Shown here one piece after another: positions 34,167-41,671 of a DNA stretch of 42,423 nt; position 1 is the first letter of the stretch, and each line of letters begins with the position of its first letter. Under the pieces are notes generated by a model. That model saw nothing but the letters and a program-made list of their open reading frames with translations, had not been told where the DNA came from and ran no database searches. Both the position numbers and the translations under genes were made by a program. The stretch spans positions 1 to 42,423 of the IMG/VR virus record IMGVR_UViG_3300020044_006480; one strand, given 5' to 3'. Source of the DNA: a virus. Lineage: Duplodnaviria > Caudoviricetes.

Positions 34167-34768
34167 TGGCGTGCCCTCAATGCGTCGGTGATCGCTTTGG
34201 AAATGACGTCGCCTAGGTCGGCTATGTCGCCCTTGTCGGCGACGACGTGATAGTCGCCGTTCTGCGCGTCGCTCACCGAGACGATGCGGAAGCCGTCCTC
34301 GGAAATAGAGCGAACGACACAGCCAAGGTCGTTGTTGTGCCCATTCAGTGTGGGCTCGCCCGTGAAAAGAGGCTGCTTGCCGCGAACGTCGCCGGGATCG
34401 TTCTCGTCGAAGTGCCAGTGCTCGGGCCAGAGCGTATGCGGCGATCGCCAAGCAACCGGCTTTGAAGTCGTGCGAGGTGTAAAGGACAGGTCGATGAAAC
34501 AGCCCGGCCCGGCGATCGTCAGCGAATAGACAGTGCGCCCATGTTCGCGGAATTTCGGGTCGCTGACGCGGCGAATTGCAAACTCAGCCTCTATGGCTTC
34601 GACAACCTCCTGCGGGGAGGAATCTTCGTCGGTCCACGGAATGCAGATCAGGTCGGCATCTCGCGCCATGCTGCCATGCACGGCCATCGCGTAGCCGTGG
34701 GCGCGAGCAATCTCGGCAAGCTCCGGATAAAGACCAGCATAGACAGGGGCGTAGTTGGCGGGCTTCAT
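34163..34768 (-). CDS. Protein with N-terminal nucleotidyltransferase-like domain and PVAW module
   Basis: HGSMARDADLI fits the GS..DxD motif, with a later IDLS; KPVAWR linker. Confidence 0.6.
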   Translation of the reverse strand: MKPANYAPVYAGLYPELAEIARAHGYAMAVHGSMARDADLICIPWTDEDSSPQEVVEAIEAEFAIRRVSDPKFREHGRTVYSLTIAGPGCFIDLSFTPRTTSKPVAWRSPHTLWPEHWHFDENDPGDVRGKQPLFTGEPTLNGHNNDLGCVVRSISEDGFRIVSVSDAQNGDYHVVADKGDIADLGDVISKAITDALRARQ

Positions 34769-35991
34769 CGTCCGGCCTCCCGCCCATTGAGGGCTGGCTG
34801 GATACGAGCGAGGAGGGCTCGGGCGGCGTGAACTGTCGACGCAAGCGCGGAAACTACAGGGCCTTCAATATCGTCACGCCGAGCGGGAGCATCCTTGTCC
34901 AGCGCGTTATGAATGGAAATTCCGGTGAGAACCGATTCTGCAGCCTCCACGAGCGCCGCGACCTGACCCTCTAGCTCGGTGGCGCGGGCTTCGGCGGCAA
35001 GGACGCGCACCTTACGTGCAGCATCAAAGCCCTTCGCGTACCATTCTGTTTCTGCCGCAAGTGCGCGTGCTTCGGCGGCGGTGACGCGGGTCCACAAATC
35101 ATCCCGCTCAAGTGCGGTCGGCTTGTAGAGGTCGTGGTAGAGCTTCTGGTGGTCCGCCTTCCATTCGTCCCGTTCGGTCACGAGCGCCGCGACCTGACTC
35201 TGTAGATCGGTGACGCGGGCTTCGGCGGCGCCTAGTTCCGTCGCCCACCGCATTCCAATTTCCGCGTTGTGATCCGCGCGCCACTTCTCTTTGCCCTTCT
35301 CTCGCTCAAGCTGCGCGACTTGACCTTCGGCGACGGTGGCGCGGGTTACGTAGTCGCCAACGAGTTCGCCGATGCTCTTGCCGCCGAGGGTTCCATATGA
35401 GGGAGAGCCGAGCGCCTTCCAGACCTGAGTAATGGTCTCCGAAAACGCCCGCTGCCTGTCCAGCACGATGTCGACTTCTTTACGGTAATCGTTCCACTCC
35501 GCTTTCAGCCGCGCGATCTCGTCCTTCTCTGCATCGGGAGCGGGGGCGGGGTGGGCGTAGAGCGGGCGTACTTCGATGCCGTCGCGCCAACCCATATCGG
35601 GGTCGTCGATCTCCTCGCGGCGCTTGTTCGCCTCGAACAGCTTACCGTCAACGAACAGGCCCCAAGCAACCGGTTCGACCCCGACGCCCATCTCCGCAGG
35701 AGCGGAAGGGGCTGGAAGGGCGGAGAGGGCTTCGAAGCGGCCGTCCTCGAACTCGTCGCGAGGACGGACCCATATCGGTCCATCGGCACAATCGCGGTAG
35801 ATGACGATCTCTCGCATGTCGACGCTGACCGGGGAAACGGACAGACCGCGACGGCGCGTCTCCCAATCCGCTGACTGCATCCGACCGACGCCAACGACCT
35901 CGTAGGCGTGTCCGGTCTTCTGATGCCGCCAGCGGGTGCCTGGCTCCAGCGCTGCCTTCGCCTTCTCAATCTCAGTCGTGGTGGCGGTCAT
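34765..35991 (-). CDS. Modular Ead/Ea22-like protein: DUF1653-like N-domain, EPVAW module, repeated coiled coil
   Basis: RWRHQKTG..YEV...IVIYR...WVRP..EF.DGRF; EPVAW...RPLYAHPAPA; AEAR...QVAALV repeats. Confidence 0.78.
   Translation of the reverse strand: MTATTTEIEKAKAALEPGTRWRHQKTGHAYEVVGVGRMQSADWETRRRGLSVSPVSVDMREIVIYRDCADGPIWVRPRDEFEDGRFEALSALPAPSAPAEMGVGVEPVAWGLFVDGKLFEANKRREEIDDPDMGWRDGIEVRPLYAHPAPAPDAEKDEIARLKAEWNDYRKEVDIVLDRQRAFSETITQVWKALGSPSYGTLGGKSIGELVGDYVTRATVAEGQVAQLEREKGKEKWRADHNAEIGMRWATELGAAEARVTDLQSQVAALVTERDEWKADHQKLYHDLYKPTALERDDLWTRVTAAEARALAAETEWYAKGFDAARKVRVLAAEARATELEGQVAALVEAAESVLTGISIHNALDKDAPARRDDIEGPVVSALASTVHAARALLARIQPALNGREAGR
34948..35229. repeat. 51-bp direct repeat (34948-34998 and 35179-35229; 47/51 identical)
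   Basis: Aligned by hand; encodes AAEAR(A/V)T(E/D)L(EG/QS)QVAALV. Confidence 0.9.
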
Positions 35992-36359
35992 CAGCGGATC
36001 TCCGCGCCGGTCCGCCGGTCAACGACCGTGCCATCCATGCGCTTCTTGAGGGTCGGGTGAGTGAGGGTGGATGGCTTTCGGATTCCGGCGTGACGCGCCT
36101 TGTTGCGCTTCGCCTTGGCAATCGCGGGAATGTCCGTCGTGTGGGTCTTCACGTCCGCGCAGGGCGAGCACGACAGGCGGATATTGTCGTCCGTGTCAGC
36201 CCCACCGAGGCCAAGAGGTCGGACGTGCTCGTAGATCGGCTTGTCGCCGGGGACGAGCTTGCGCTGGCAGTTCCAGCACTTGCCGCTGTCGCGTTCCCAG
36301 ATTGCCAGCTTGCGACGGGTGGAGAGGTTGCCGCGGTGCGTGGTGCCGACGTCGCTCAT
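35991..36359 (-). CDS. HNH endonuclease
   Basis: CWNC...EHVRPLGLGGAD.DDN...C.PC...KT. Confidence 0.88.
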   Translation of the reverse strand: MSDVGTTHRGNLSTRRKLAIWERDSGKCWNCQRKLVPGDKPIYEHVRPLGLGGADTDDNIRLSCSPCADVKTHTTDIPAIAKAKRNKARHAGIRKPSTLTHPTLKKRMDGTVVDRRTGAEIR

Positions 36360-36544
36360 GGGTGAAGCTCCATGGCGTCCCGCTCGAAGTCGGCGATCAC
36401 CGCGTTCCAGAACAGCTCCTCGCGAGCGGCCTGGGCTTGCTGAACGAGACGCACGTTCGCGCGCAGCTCGTCATGCACACGGGCTTTGACGGCCTGTGCC
36501 GTAACGTTGCGGTAGTCGGGGCGGCGTTTGGCGAGGGCGGACAT
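36356..36544 (-). CDS. Hypothetical protein
   Basis: Coupled at both ends. Confidence 0.65.
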   Translation of the reverse strand: MSALAKRRPDYRNVTAQAVKARVHDELRANVRLVQQAQAAREELFWNAVIADFERDAMELHP

Positions 36545-36942
36545 CAGGCTGCCCTCTCTTGCTCGTCTTGGAAGGCGACACCGTTCGCGGAGCCGTAGGC
36601 GAAGATCAGTTCAATCAGATCCGTCATCTCCGCCTTCGACAGGTCCGACGAGGATCGGCCGAGAGACACGAGCCCGTTCCCATCAAGGTTCGGGACCATG
36701 CGGACTTCGCGCTTGAGGGCGTCGAGGAACAGAAGCTTCCAGTCGTCGGGCGAGAGCTTGAGGCCGTGGTGACGCGCTTGGACGGAAACCTCCGTCAGCA
36801 TGGCCCACATGCGCGAGTTTTGCTCGGTTGACCGCTTGGCTTCTTTGAACTCGACGCGCGTGCCTGACGGGGCGTTTCTGACCCAAGCCGCCGCACGCTC
36901 GCGTTCGTGGCGGCTGTTGAGGATGACGAGGGCGCGGCTCAT
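36544..36942 (-). CDS. ninB: NinB/Orf-family recombination mediator
   Basis: KRSTEQNSRMWAML.EVS.Q...DWK..F...SSSDLSKAEM.DLIE.I.AYG. Confidence 0.88.
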   Translation of the reverse strand: MSRALVILNSRHERERAAAWVRNAPSGTRVEFKEAKRSTEQNSRMWAMLTEVSVQARHHGLKLSPDDWKLLFLDALKREVRMVPNLDGNGLVSLGRSSSDLSKAEMTDLIELIFAYGSANGVAFQDEQERAA

Positions 36943-37577
36943 GCGGCCATCCGCAGGTACTTCTCGGAAAGAGCGCTGACCTTCTCGTCCAACTCGGCGA
37001 GGAAGAGGGCGACGTCCTTCTCTAGGCCAGCGATCGTTTCCTCGTCCCGCTCGACGCGACAAACGAACAGCTGCATCTCTGCCGGCATCCGCGGATCGAA
37101 CGACGCGAAGTCGCACCAGGCGCGTCCGGTGCAAGCCATCTGCCACTGCATCTGCGTGACGTACTTTCCCGCGACTGACTGGCCGAGAAGCGTTTCGATA
37201 TGAGTGGCGGTGTTCGGGCACTTGATCTCGATGAGACCGTCGTCGCCAATCAGGCCATCCGGGCTGGCGCCTGTGTTCGGGATCGAAGGGTGCGGCACGA
37301 AGCCGACCTGCATGACGTCGCAGTCGTGCAGGAACTCGTAGGCGGCGCGCGCCTGCGGCTCTGTTTCGGTGCCCCACCGCATGGCAGCGTTCGTGTAGCC
37401 CTCACCCGAGACGCCGGTCAGGCGCTCTGCGACAAGCTCGGCCATATAATTCGCACGCGATGCGCCCCAGCCTTTCGCGGTCTTGGCGACCACGTCAGCC
37501 ACACGGGAGGCCGTGACCTTCCCGCAGCGGGCGGCATGCCATTCGGCTGTGCCTTGGTCGATCATCAGGGTGTCCAT
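36939..37577 (-). CDS. Lambda exonuclease / YqaJ family
   Basis: QGT.EWHAARCGKVTAS, GTETEP.AR, GASPDG, EIKCP, QMQ. Confidence 0.93.
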   Translation of the reverse strand: MDTLMIDQGTAEWHAARCGKVTASRVADVVAKTAKGWGASRANYMAELVAERLTGVSGEGYTNAAMRWGTETEPQARAAYEFLHDCDVMQVGFVPHPSIPNTGASPDGLIGDDGLIEIKCPNTATHIETLLGQSVAGKYVTQMQWQMACTGRAWCDFASFDPRMPAEMQLFVCRVERDEETIAGLEKDVALFLAELDEKVSALSEKYLRMAA

Positions 37578-37579
37578 GA

Positions 37580-38287
37580 TTAGGCACCCCGCTTGCGGTT
37601 GATGAGCTTCACGACCGCGTCAAACTGGTCGGCGGCGATATCGTCGAGGGTCGCAACCTTGATGAAGGCGAGGAGCTTGCGTTCATCCGCGCCGACGCTC
37701 TCGATGAGGTCGCGTAGGTCCATCACCTGCTGTTCGGTGATGCAGCGGCGACCAGCCATTCCCGTGCCGGCGGCCTGGCCGTCGTCATCCTCCGACGCCG
37801 CGAGGCCGAGCATCTGCGTGAGCGAGTACCGCTGCAGGTATGTCAGCGTGGATCCGATCGCCTGGATGGCGTTCTTGCTGCCCGACGTGTCGGACGGACC
37901 GGCGAGGGTGGTTTCCTCGTGGTGTCCCGCCTCGTGAGAGAGAATGCAGGTGACGTGGATCTTCTCGTCCTGCCGAGTGCGGAACCGGTACGAGAGACCG
38001 TGCTTCGAGATGATCGGGTCGACGATCCGGGCGATGGCCGCGAAGTCAGCATAGCGCTTGTCGTTGTGCCCCTTGGCGCTCTTGGCGATAACGGGGATCT
38101 CGGCCTTGGCTGCGGAGAGTGCCGCGTCGAATGCCTTGCGCGCCTGGGTGGCTTCCCAGCGATCCTGCAGGGACATCAGCTGGCTCATCTGCTCGACGCT
38201 GGCGCCGTTGCTAAGCGCCTGCGAAAGCATGTCCATCGGCGTCATCGACGCGCGCGGGGTCTCGTCAATCCTCTGAACGGCGCTCAC
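37580..38287 (-). CDS. erf: ERF-family single-strand annealing protein
   Basis: YADF..I...GL...QAIGSTLTYLQRYSL...GLA.EDDDG. Confidence 0.93.
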   Translation of the reverse strand: MSAVQRIDETPRASMTPMDMLSQALSNGASVEQMSQLMSLQDRWEATQARKAFDAALSAAKAEIPVIAKSAKGHNDKRYADFAAIARIVDPIISKHGLSYRFRTRQDEKIHVTCILSHEAGHHEETTLAGPSDTSGSKNAIQAIGSTLTYLQRYSLTQMLGLAASEDDDGQAAGTGMAGRRCITEQQVMDLRDLIESVGADERKLLAFIKVATLDDIAADQFDAVVKLINRKRGA

Positions 38288-38670
38288 TGGCCAGCCTCCT
38301 CTTCGGCCTTCGCCAGCGTGTCCTCAATCCGTTCGCAGAGGCTCGCGTCGGACTCCAAGGCGAGGCACACGGCACGCTCGCAGAGACCCTCCAACGTGGT
38401 TCGCATTCCGGCTCGGTCGTCGTTGACCTCGACCCAAGCCGGGCGCGTCGGATCGTTATCGAGGAACACCTGAACCTCGACCTTCTCGACCTCGAACGGG
38501 CGTCCGCCGTCGCGATAGACCGTCAGGCGAACCTCAAGGTCAGCGCAGGTGCCGCCGAGAAGCGGCAGGGGCACGGCGGTTTCGACCGTCGCGTAGATCT
38601 GCGGCTCATCCCAGCTGACGGGAGCTGCAGCCGGGTTCAGGAAGTCGACGTATTTGGGCAGAGCGTTCAT
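38284..38670 (-). CDS. Hypothetical protein
   Basis: ORF track; coupled to erf. Confidence 0.7.
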   Translation of the reverse strand: MNALPKYVDFLNPAAAPVSWDEPQIYATVETAVPLPLLGGTCADLEVRLTVYRDGGRPFEVEKVEVQVFLDNDPTRPAWVEVNDDRAGMRTTLEGLCERAVCLALESDASLCERIEDTLAKAEEEAGQ

Positions 38671-38673
38671 TGA

Positions 38674-38763
38674 TCATGCTCCGAGTGTTGCCCGCACGGC
38701 GATGAAGCCGAGGGCGGCGATGGAGGTGAGGAGGAGAGTTTCGGGGGAGATGAGGCGGGTCAT
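38674..38763 (-). CDS. 29-aa TM peptide MTRLISPETLLLTSIAALGFIAVRATLGA
   Basis: Hand translation; ATGA coupling; hydrophobic helix. Confidence 0.5.
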   Translation of the reverse strand: MTRLISPETLLLTSIAALGFIAVRATLGA

Positions 38764-39017
38764 GCGTCCCGATCCTGTTCGCTGGTATCGAACGACCAAG
38801 AGGCGCTGCTGTTGACCAAGAAGTCTTGGTTACAGGACGGGCATTCAACATCGTGGCTGTCGTTCTCGTCGTAGAGGAACCACGCCTCGTTGTCCTGGAT
38901 GTCGAAATCGTCCCCGCAATGCGGACACTTCGGCTTGCTGTTCGCCCAAAACTCAAGGCCATCGCCTTCATCAAGAGCTGCAAAGGGTTTGACTTCCGTG
39001 CAGGCTAGGCGGCTCAT
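38760..39017 (-). CDS. Zinc-ribbon protein
   Basis: CPHC...CPSC; acidic. Confidence 0.75.
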   Translation of the reverse strand: MSRLACTEVKPFAALDEGDGLEFWANSKPKCPHCGDDFDIQDNEAWFLYDENDSHDVECPSCNQDFLVNSSASWSFDTSEQDRDA

Positions 39018-39265
39018 TTCACCACCCCCGCCGTGCGATAGGCCGAGTACGCCTCCTGGCTCCGCAGCTCAGCGGTGCGGGACGTTTCGACCGCCTGCGC
39101 CAGAGCGGCGACCATCAGCCCGCCAATGACGACGGACACGAGGGCGTAGATGGCGAACATGCGGGCAAGGGTGTTGCTGCCAGCCTCGGCGCGAACCTTA
39201 GGGCGGTGCGCTTCCATCTGGGCGACGACAGCGCGGCGGGTGATGAGGTCGGGGCGGGAGGTCAT
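39014..39265 (-). CDS. Single-TM hypothetical protein
   Basis: MFAIYALVSVVIGGLMVAALA; ATGA coupling. Confidence 0.65.
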   Translation of the reverse strand: MTSRPDLITRRAVVAQMEAHRPKVRAEAGSNTLARMFAIYALVSVVIGGLMVAALAQAVETSRTAELRSQEAYSAYRTAGVVK

Positions 39266-39615
39266 GCCTCGCCTCCGGTCGCCTTGGCGATGGCGGAATC
39301 CCACCGCTCCAGAAGCATCCGAAGCTCTTTGTCTCCATCGTAGATGGAGGTGTACGTGGCGAGCTTCTGCCGGCCTAACTTCACCACGGCTAACAGATCA
39401 GGAGCGGCAGAGATCAGGCGGGCGTTGGCGATCACCGTTTCGTTGATGCCGCGATCCTTGGTGCTCCACGCTTCGCACCACACGCCGCCAACCTCGTTGC
39501 CGTCCAAAGTGTTAATGGACACCATCGTGTCTTTAGGTCCGTGGTAATGAACCCAAGGCCCCGGCGTATGGCCCGGCCCGCGCGTCTCTTCTCGGCTTGT
39601 CTGCGATGCACTCAT
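39262..39615 (-). CDS. Phage early protein of the HTPGPW...ANARLIAAAPDLL type
   Basis: Both motifs present; AGGAG RBS. Confidence 0.75.
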   Translation of the reverse strand: MSASQTSREETRGPGHTPGPWVHYHGPKDTMVSINTLDGNEVGGVWCEAWSTKDRGINETVIANARLISAAPDLLAVVKLGRQKLATYTSIYDGDKELRMLLERWDSAIAKATGGEA

Positions 39616-39679
39616 GGGGAGGGGCTCCTGATAGCGTGCGGTTGCAACTCGGCTCGGAAGCCGAGGCACAACGGCAGGG

Positions 39680-39919
39680 TCAGGCGGCTTCAGTGCGGGC
39701 CAACCAGCGCTGGCTTTCGAGCCATTCGGCTGCGCCTTCCGCGCTTTCGCCGCCTTCAAACAGGGCGACGGCGTCACCGAACTCGGCTTCGGGTCCCTGC
39801 TTGCGAGACAGATGCTGGTTCAACGACAGCCAGAACGCCTGCAGCTTTCCGTAGGCTTCGGTGCCCGGCGCGTAGGTGCGGACAAGGCGGATCGTTTCTT
39901 TGAGTGCTGCTTCGGTCAT
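39680..39919 (-). CDS. First gene of the leftward early operon, hypothetical
   Basis: GGAG RBS; about 40 nt downstream of pL. Confidence 0.7.
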   Translation of the reverse strand: MTEAALKETIRLVRTYAPGTEAYGKLQAFWLSLNQHLSRKQGPEAEFGDAVALFEGGESAEGAAEWLESQRWLARTEAA

Positions 39920-39961
39920 CTGTCTGCTCCAAGGCTGCCGTTGTCGGTGGCGATGAAGCTG

Positions 39962-40037
39962 AGTATAGTCGGGCAAATCCGACTTGCAAGGAAAATCGTC
40001 GGCGCTGTCCGACTTTTTTGTTGCGGACGTTTCCGAC
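39962..40037 (-). promoter_or_regulatory. pL with three operators OL1-3 (GTCGG-N6-CCGAC)
   Basis: Minus-strand TTGCAA (39989-39984), 16 nt spacer, TATACT; operators at 39968-39983, 39998-40013 and 40022-40037 (TGCGG variant). Confidence 0.8.
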
Positions 40038-40049
40038 TCCGTCCATAAC
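40021..40049 (+). promoter_or_regulatory. Putative rightward promoter overlapped by OL3
   Basis: TTGCGG-17 nt-CATAAC, pointing into the structured non-coding region. Confidence 0.4.
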
Positions 40050-40053
40050 GATT

Positions 40054-40312
40054 GCATCGGTGACGGGCGATGCGACGCGTCTGCTGGCGAATCAACCGAG
40101 CGCGTAGGGTTAGGTCATCCTCACGACGCGTGTGCCAGAAACTGAGGACGGGTTAGCCCAAAGCGCCCTGGCGTATGTCCCAACCCGGCTCCGGCCTTCA
40201 GGACTAGCCAAGACCCCTCTGGCCTTACGAGCCTTCGGGTCCGTGGGGTTAGGGGGTCTTTGGCTTCGAGCCCTCCCTCACCATCCTTCAGAGCTTTCAG
40301 ACACAGACCCTA
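40054..40312 (+). ncRNA. Candidate multi-stem structured RNA of unknown family
   Basis: 26-bp hairpin 40206-40265 with 6 G.U pairs and cUUCGg loop; stems 40118-23/40143-48 and 40149-54/40182-87; closing stem 40105-11/40306-12; 5' hairpin 40054-40073; no credible ORF. Confidence 0.55.
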
Positions 40313-40402
40313 GACAGGTAGTCACTACAGACGGCGCGCCCTGCGAGAGCATTGACAGCCGAGCGAAAATCCACAGCCGACTGATTCACGCGATTCACGA
40401 TT

Positions 40403-40417
40403 GTTCTTGTTTCGTTC
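40403..40417 (+). promoter_or_regulatory. Alphaproteobacterial LexA (SOS) box
   Basis: GTTC-TTGTTTC-GTTC matches GTTC-N7-GTTC; about 50 nt upstream of ATG 40466. Confidence 0.8.
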
Positions 40418-40465
40418 TCAGAACCGAGTCACGATGGCCGCTCACTGCAACCGAGAGGCGAGCCG

Positions 40466-40711
40466 ATGGTGACGTATTTCGTGGTCCAGACATTCCAGGC
40501 AGGCAGGAAGGGCGCGCTGATCGCCGACCCGCCGCTCGTGGCGCAGTCAGCCGATGGTGCGATCCGCACGGCCGAACGCTACTCTCACTCGAAAGCGGGT
40601 GTCATCGCGTTCTCGCGTGCTGGCGATCCGGCGACGGGCGAGTACGAGGACGCGACGATCCTCGCGATGCACGGGACGCTCCCGTCCGAAGCCGAGGAGA
40701 TGGCGGCATGA
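40466..40711 (+). CDS. Small probably SOS-regulated protein (antirepressor candidate)
   Basis: GAGG RBS; downstream of the LexA box; YFVVQTF...GVIAFSRAGDPATGEY. Confidence 0.75.
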   Translation: MVTYFVVQTFQAGRKGALIADPPLVAQSADGAIRTAERYSHSKAGVIAFSRAGDPATGEYEDATILAMHGTLPSEAEEMAA

Positions 40712-40947
40712 GCGGACCCCGTCTCAAGGCCGACCAGAAGAACGCCATCCTTGCTGACTATCTAGCGGGGGTCGCAATACGGCAGATCGCTGCGGCTCAC
40801 GGCGTCCACCAGTCGTATCCGGGCCATCTCGCTCGTCGCCGAGGGCATTCTCCCCGCCGTCCGGTGAAGTCGGCGAACACCGTCAACGACGGCTGTATTT
40901 CCCGACGACCCGGTGACACACCGGCCACTCTTTGCGAAACACCGTAA
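40708..40947 (+). CDS. Small HTH protein; its 3' end overlaps the cI 3' end in antisense
   Basis: ATGA coupling; ILADYLAGVAIRQIAAAHGVHQSYPGHLARR HTH. Confidence 0.65.
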   Translation: MSGPRLKADQKNAILADYLAGVAIRQIAAAHGVHQSYPGHLARRRGHSPRRPVKSANTVNDGCISRRPGDTPATLCETP

Positions 40948-41551
40948 ACGTCTTCGCTGGGTCATACTGCTCTAGCGACCACTCGCGATCATTGAAGCCG
41001 ACGAGGTGCTTCACGGTCGCCTCAGCCTCGCCGTCCGGCGGGGTGTGATAGAGGATCACGTCGGTGCCCCGCTCGGGCGGCAGTCGCGGATGGACGAGGG
41101 CGGTGTCGCCGGGCCGGAACGCAGGGACCATCGAGCCCCCGGTAATCAGAAGCCCATACCCGTCTCGTACATGCCGTAGCGGCTCCGGCCGCTTCGCGTA
41201 CTCGATTGGCTCGAACGTCACGATGATGTGGCCTTCGCCACCCATGGCCGCCGCGAAGATCGGGAAATCGTTGTTGCCGACCAGCTCGTCGCGAGGGATC
41301 AACCGGTCTAATGGTTGCTTCTCCATCGAATGCACCGCGGGCGCCCCGCTGCCTGTCATCAGGAATTCGGGAGACACCTGAAGGGCACTCGCCAGTTTCG
41401 CAATGTTGTCGCTGCGGATCGTGGCGACCTTCCCGGCGAGCAAGTCGTAAATGTACGTCCGCCCAAGACCCGCCGCGCGCGTCGCCGCAGCTGGGGTCAG
41501 GTTCAATTCCTCCAGGCGCGCACGCACCCGCTCGGCAAGGTCTTCGCTCAT
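40883..41551 (-). CDS. cI: CI-like repressor (XRE HTH plus S24 peptidase)
   Basis: N-terminal HTH (AATRAAGLGRTYIYDLLAGK...LASALQVSPEFL); GGSMVP Ser and VKHL Lys dyad; divergent from cro. Confidence 0.92.
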   Translation of the reverse strand: MSEDLAERVRARLEELNLTPAAATRAAGLGRTYIYDLLAGKVATIRSDNIAKLASALQVSPEFLMTGSGAPAVHSMEKQPLDRLIPRDELVGNNDFPIFAAAMGGEGHIIVTFEPIEYAKRPEPLRHVRDGYGLLITGGSMVPAFRPGDTALVHPRLPPERGTDVILYHTPPDGEAEATVKHLVGFNDREWSLEQYDPAKTFTVFRKEWPVCHRVVGKYSRR

Positions 41552-41661
41552 GACGGATTCATCCGACAAAGGCCTGTCGGATACCAGTCTGAAAAAAATC
41601 GGATCAAAATAGCCGCCGGTCGGTTATTTCCGTTGAAATGTCGGATTGAACCGACTAGAAC
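41552..41661 (+). promoter_or_regulatory. pR with operators OR1-3
   Basis: TTGAAA (41633), 17 nt spacer, TAGAAC (41656); GTCGG-ATTGAA-CCGAC 41640-55; GTCGG-TTATTT-CCGTT 41619-34; GACGG-ATTCAT-CCGAC 41552-67. Confidence 0.78.
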
Positions 41662-41671
41662 GGAAATCGAC

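Noticed and set aside
34948-35229. CRISPR array or DGR TR/VR pair
   Set aside because: Only two good copies, in frame within a CDS; mismatches are not adenine-specific; no cas or RT genes
40142-40192. Hammerhead ribozyme (CTGAGGA followed by a stem)
   Set aside because: The required GAAA after stem II is absent (GCTCC follows)
40132-40707. N-terminal extension of the 271-aa ORF 40132-40947
   Set aside because: No RBS; overlaps the better-supported 40466-40711 gene; the real start is probably the coupled ATG at 40708
41648-41661. Second LexA box at pR (GAAC-CGACTA-GAAC)
   Set aside because: Spacer is 6 nt rather than 7, and the sequence is already explained by OR1 and the -10 box
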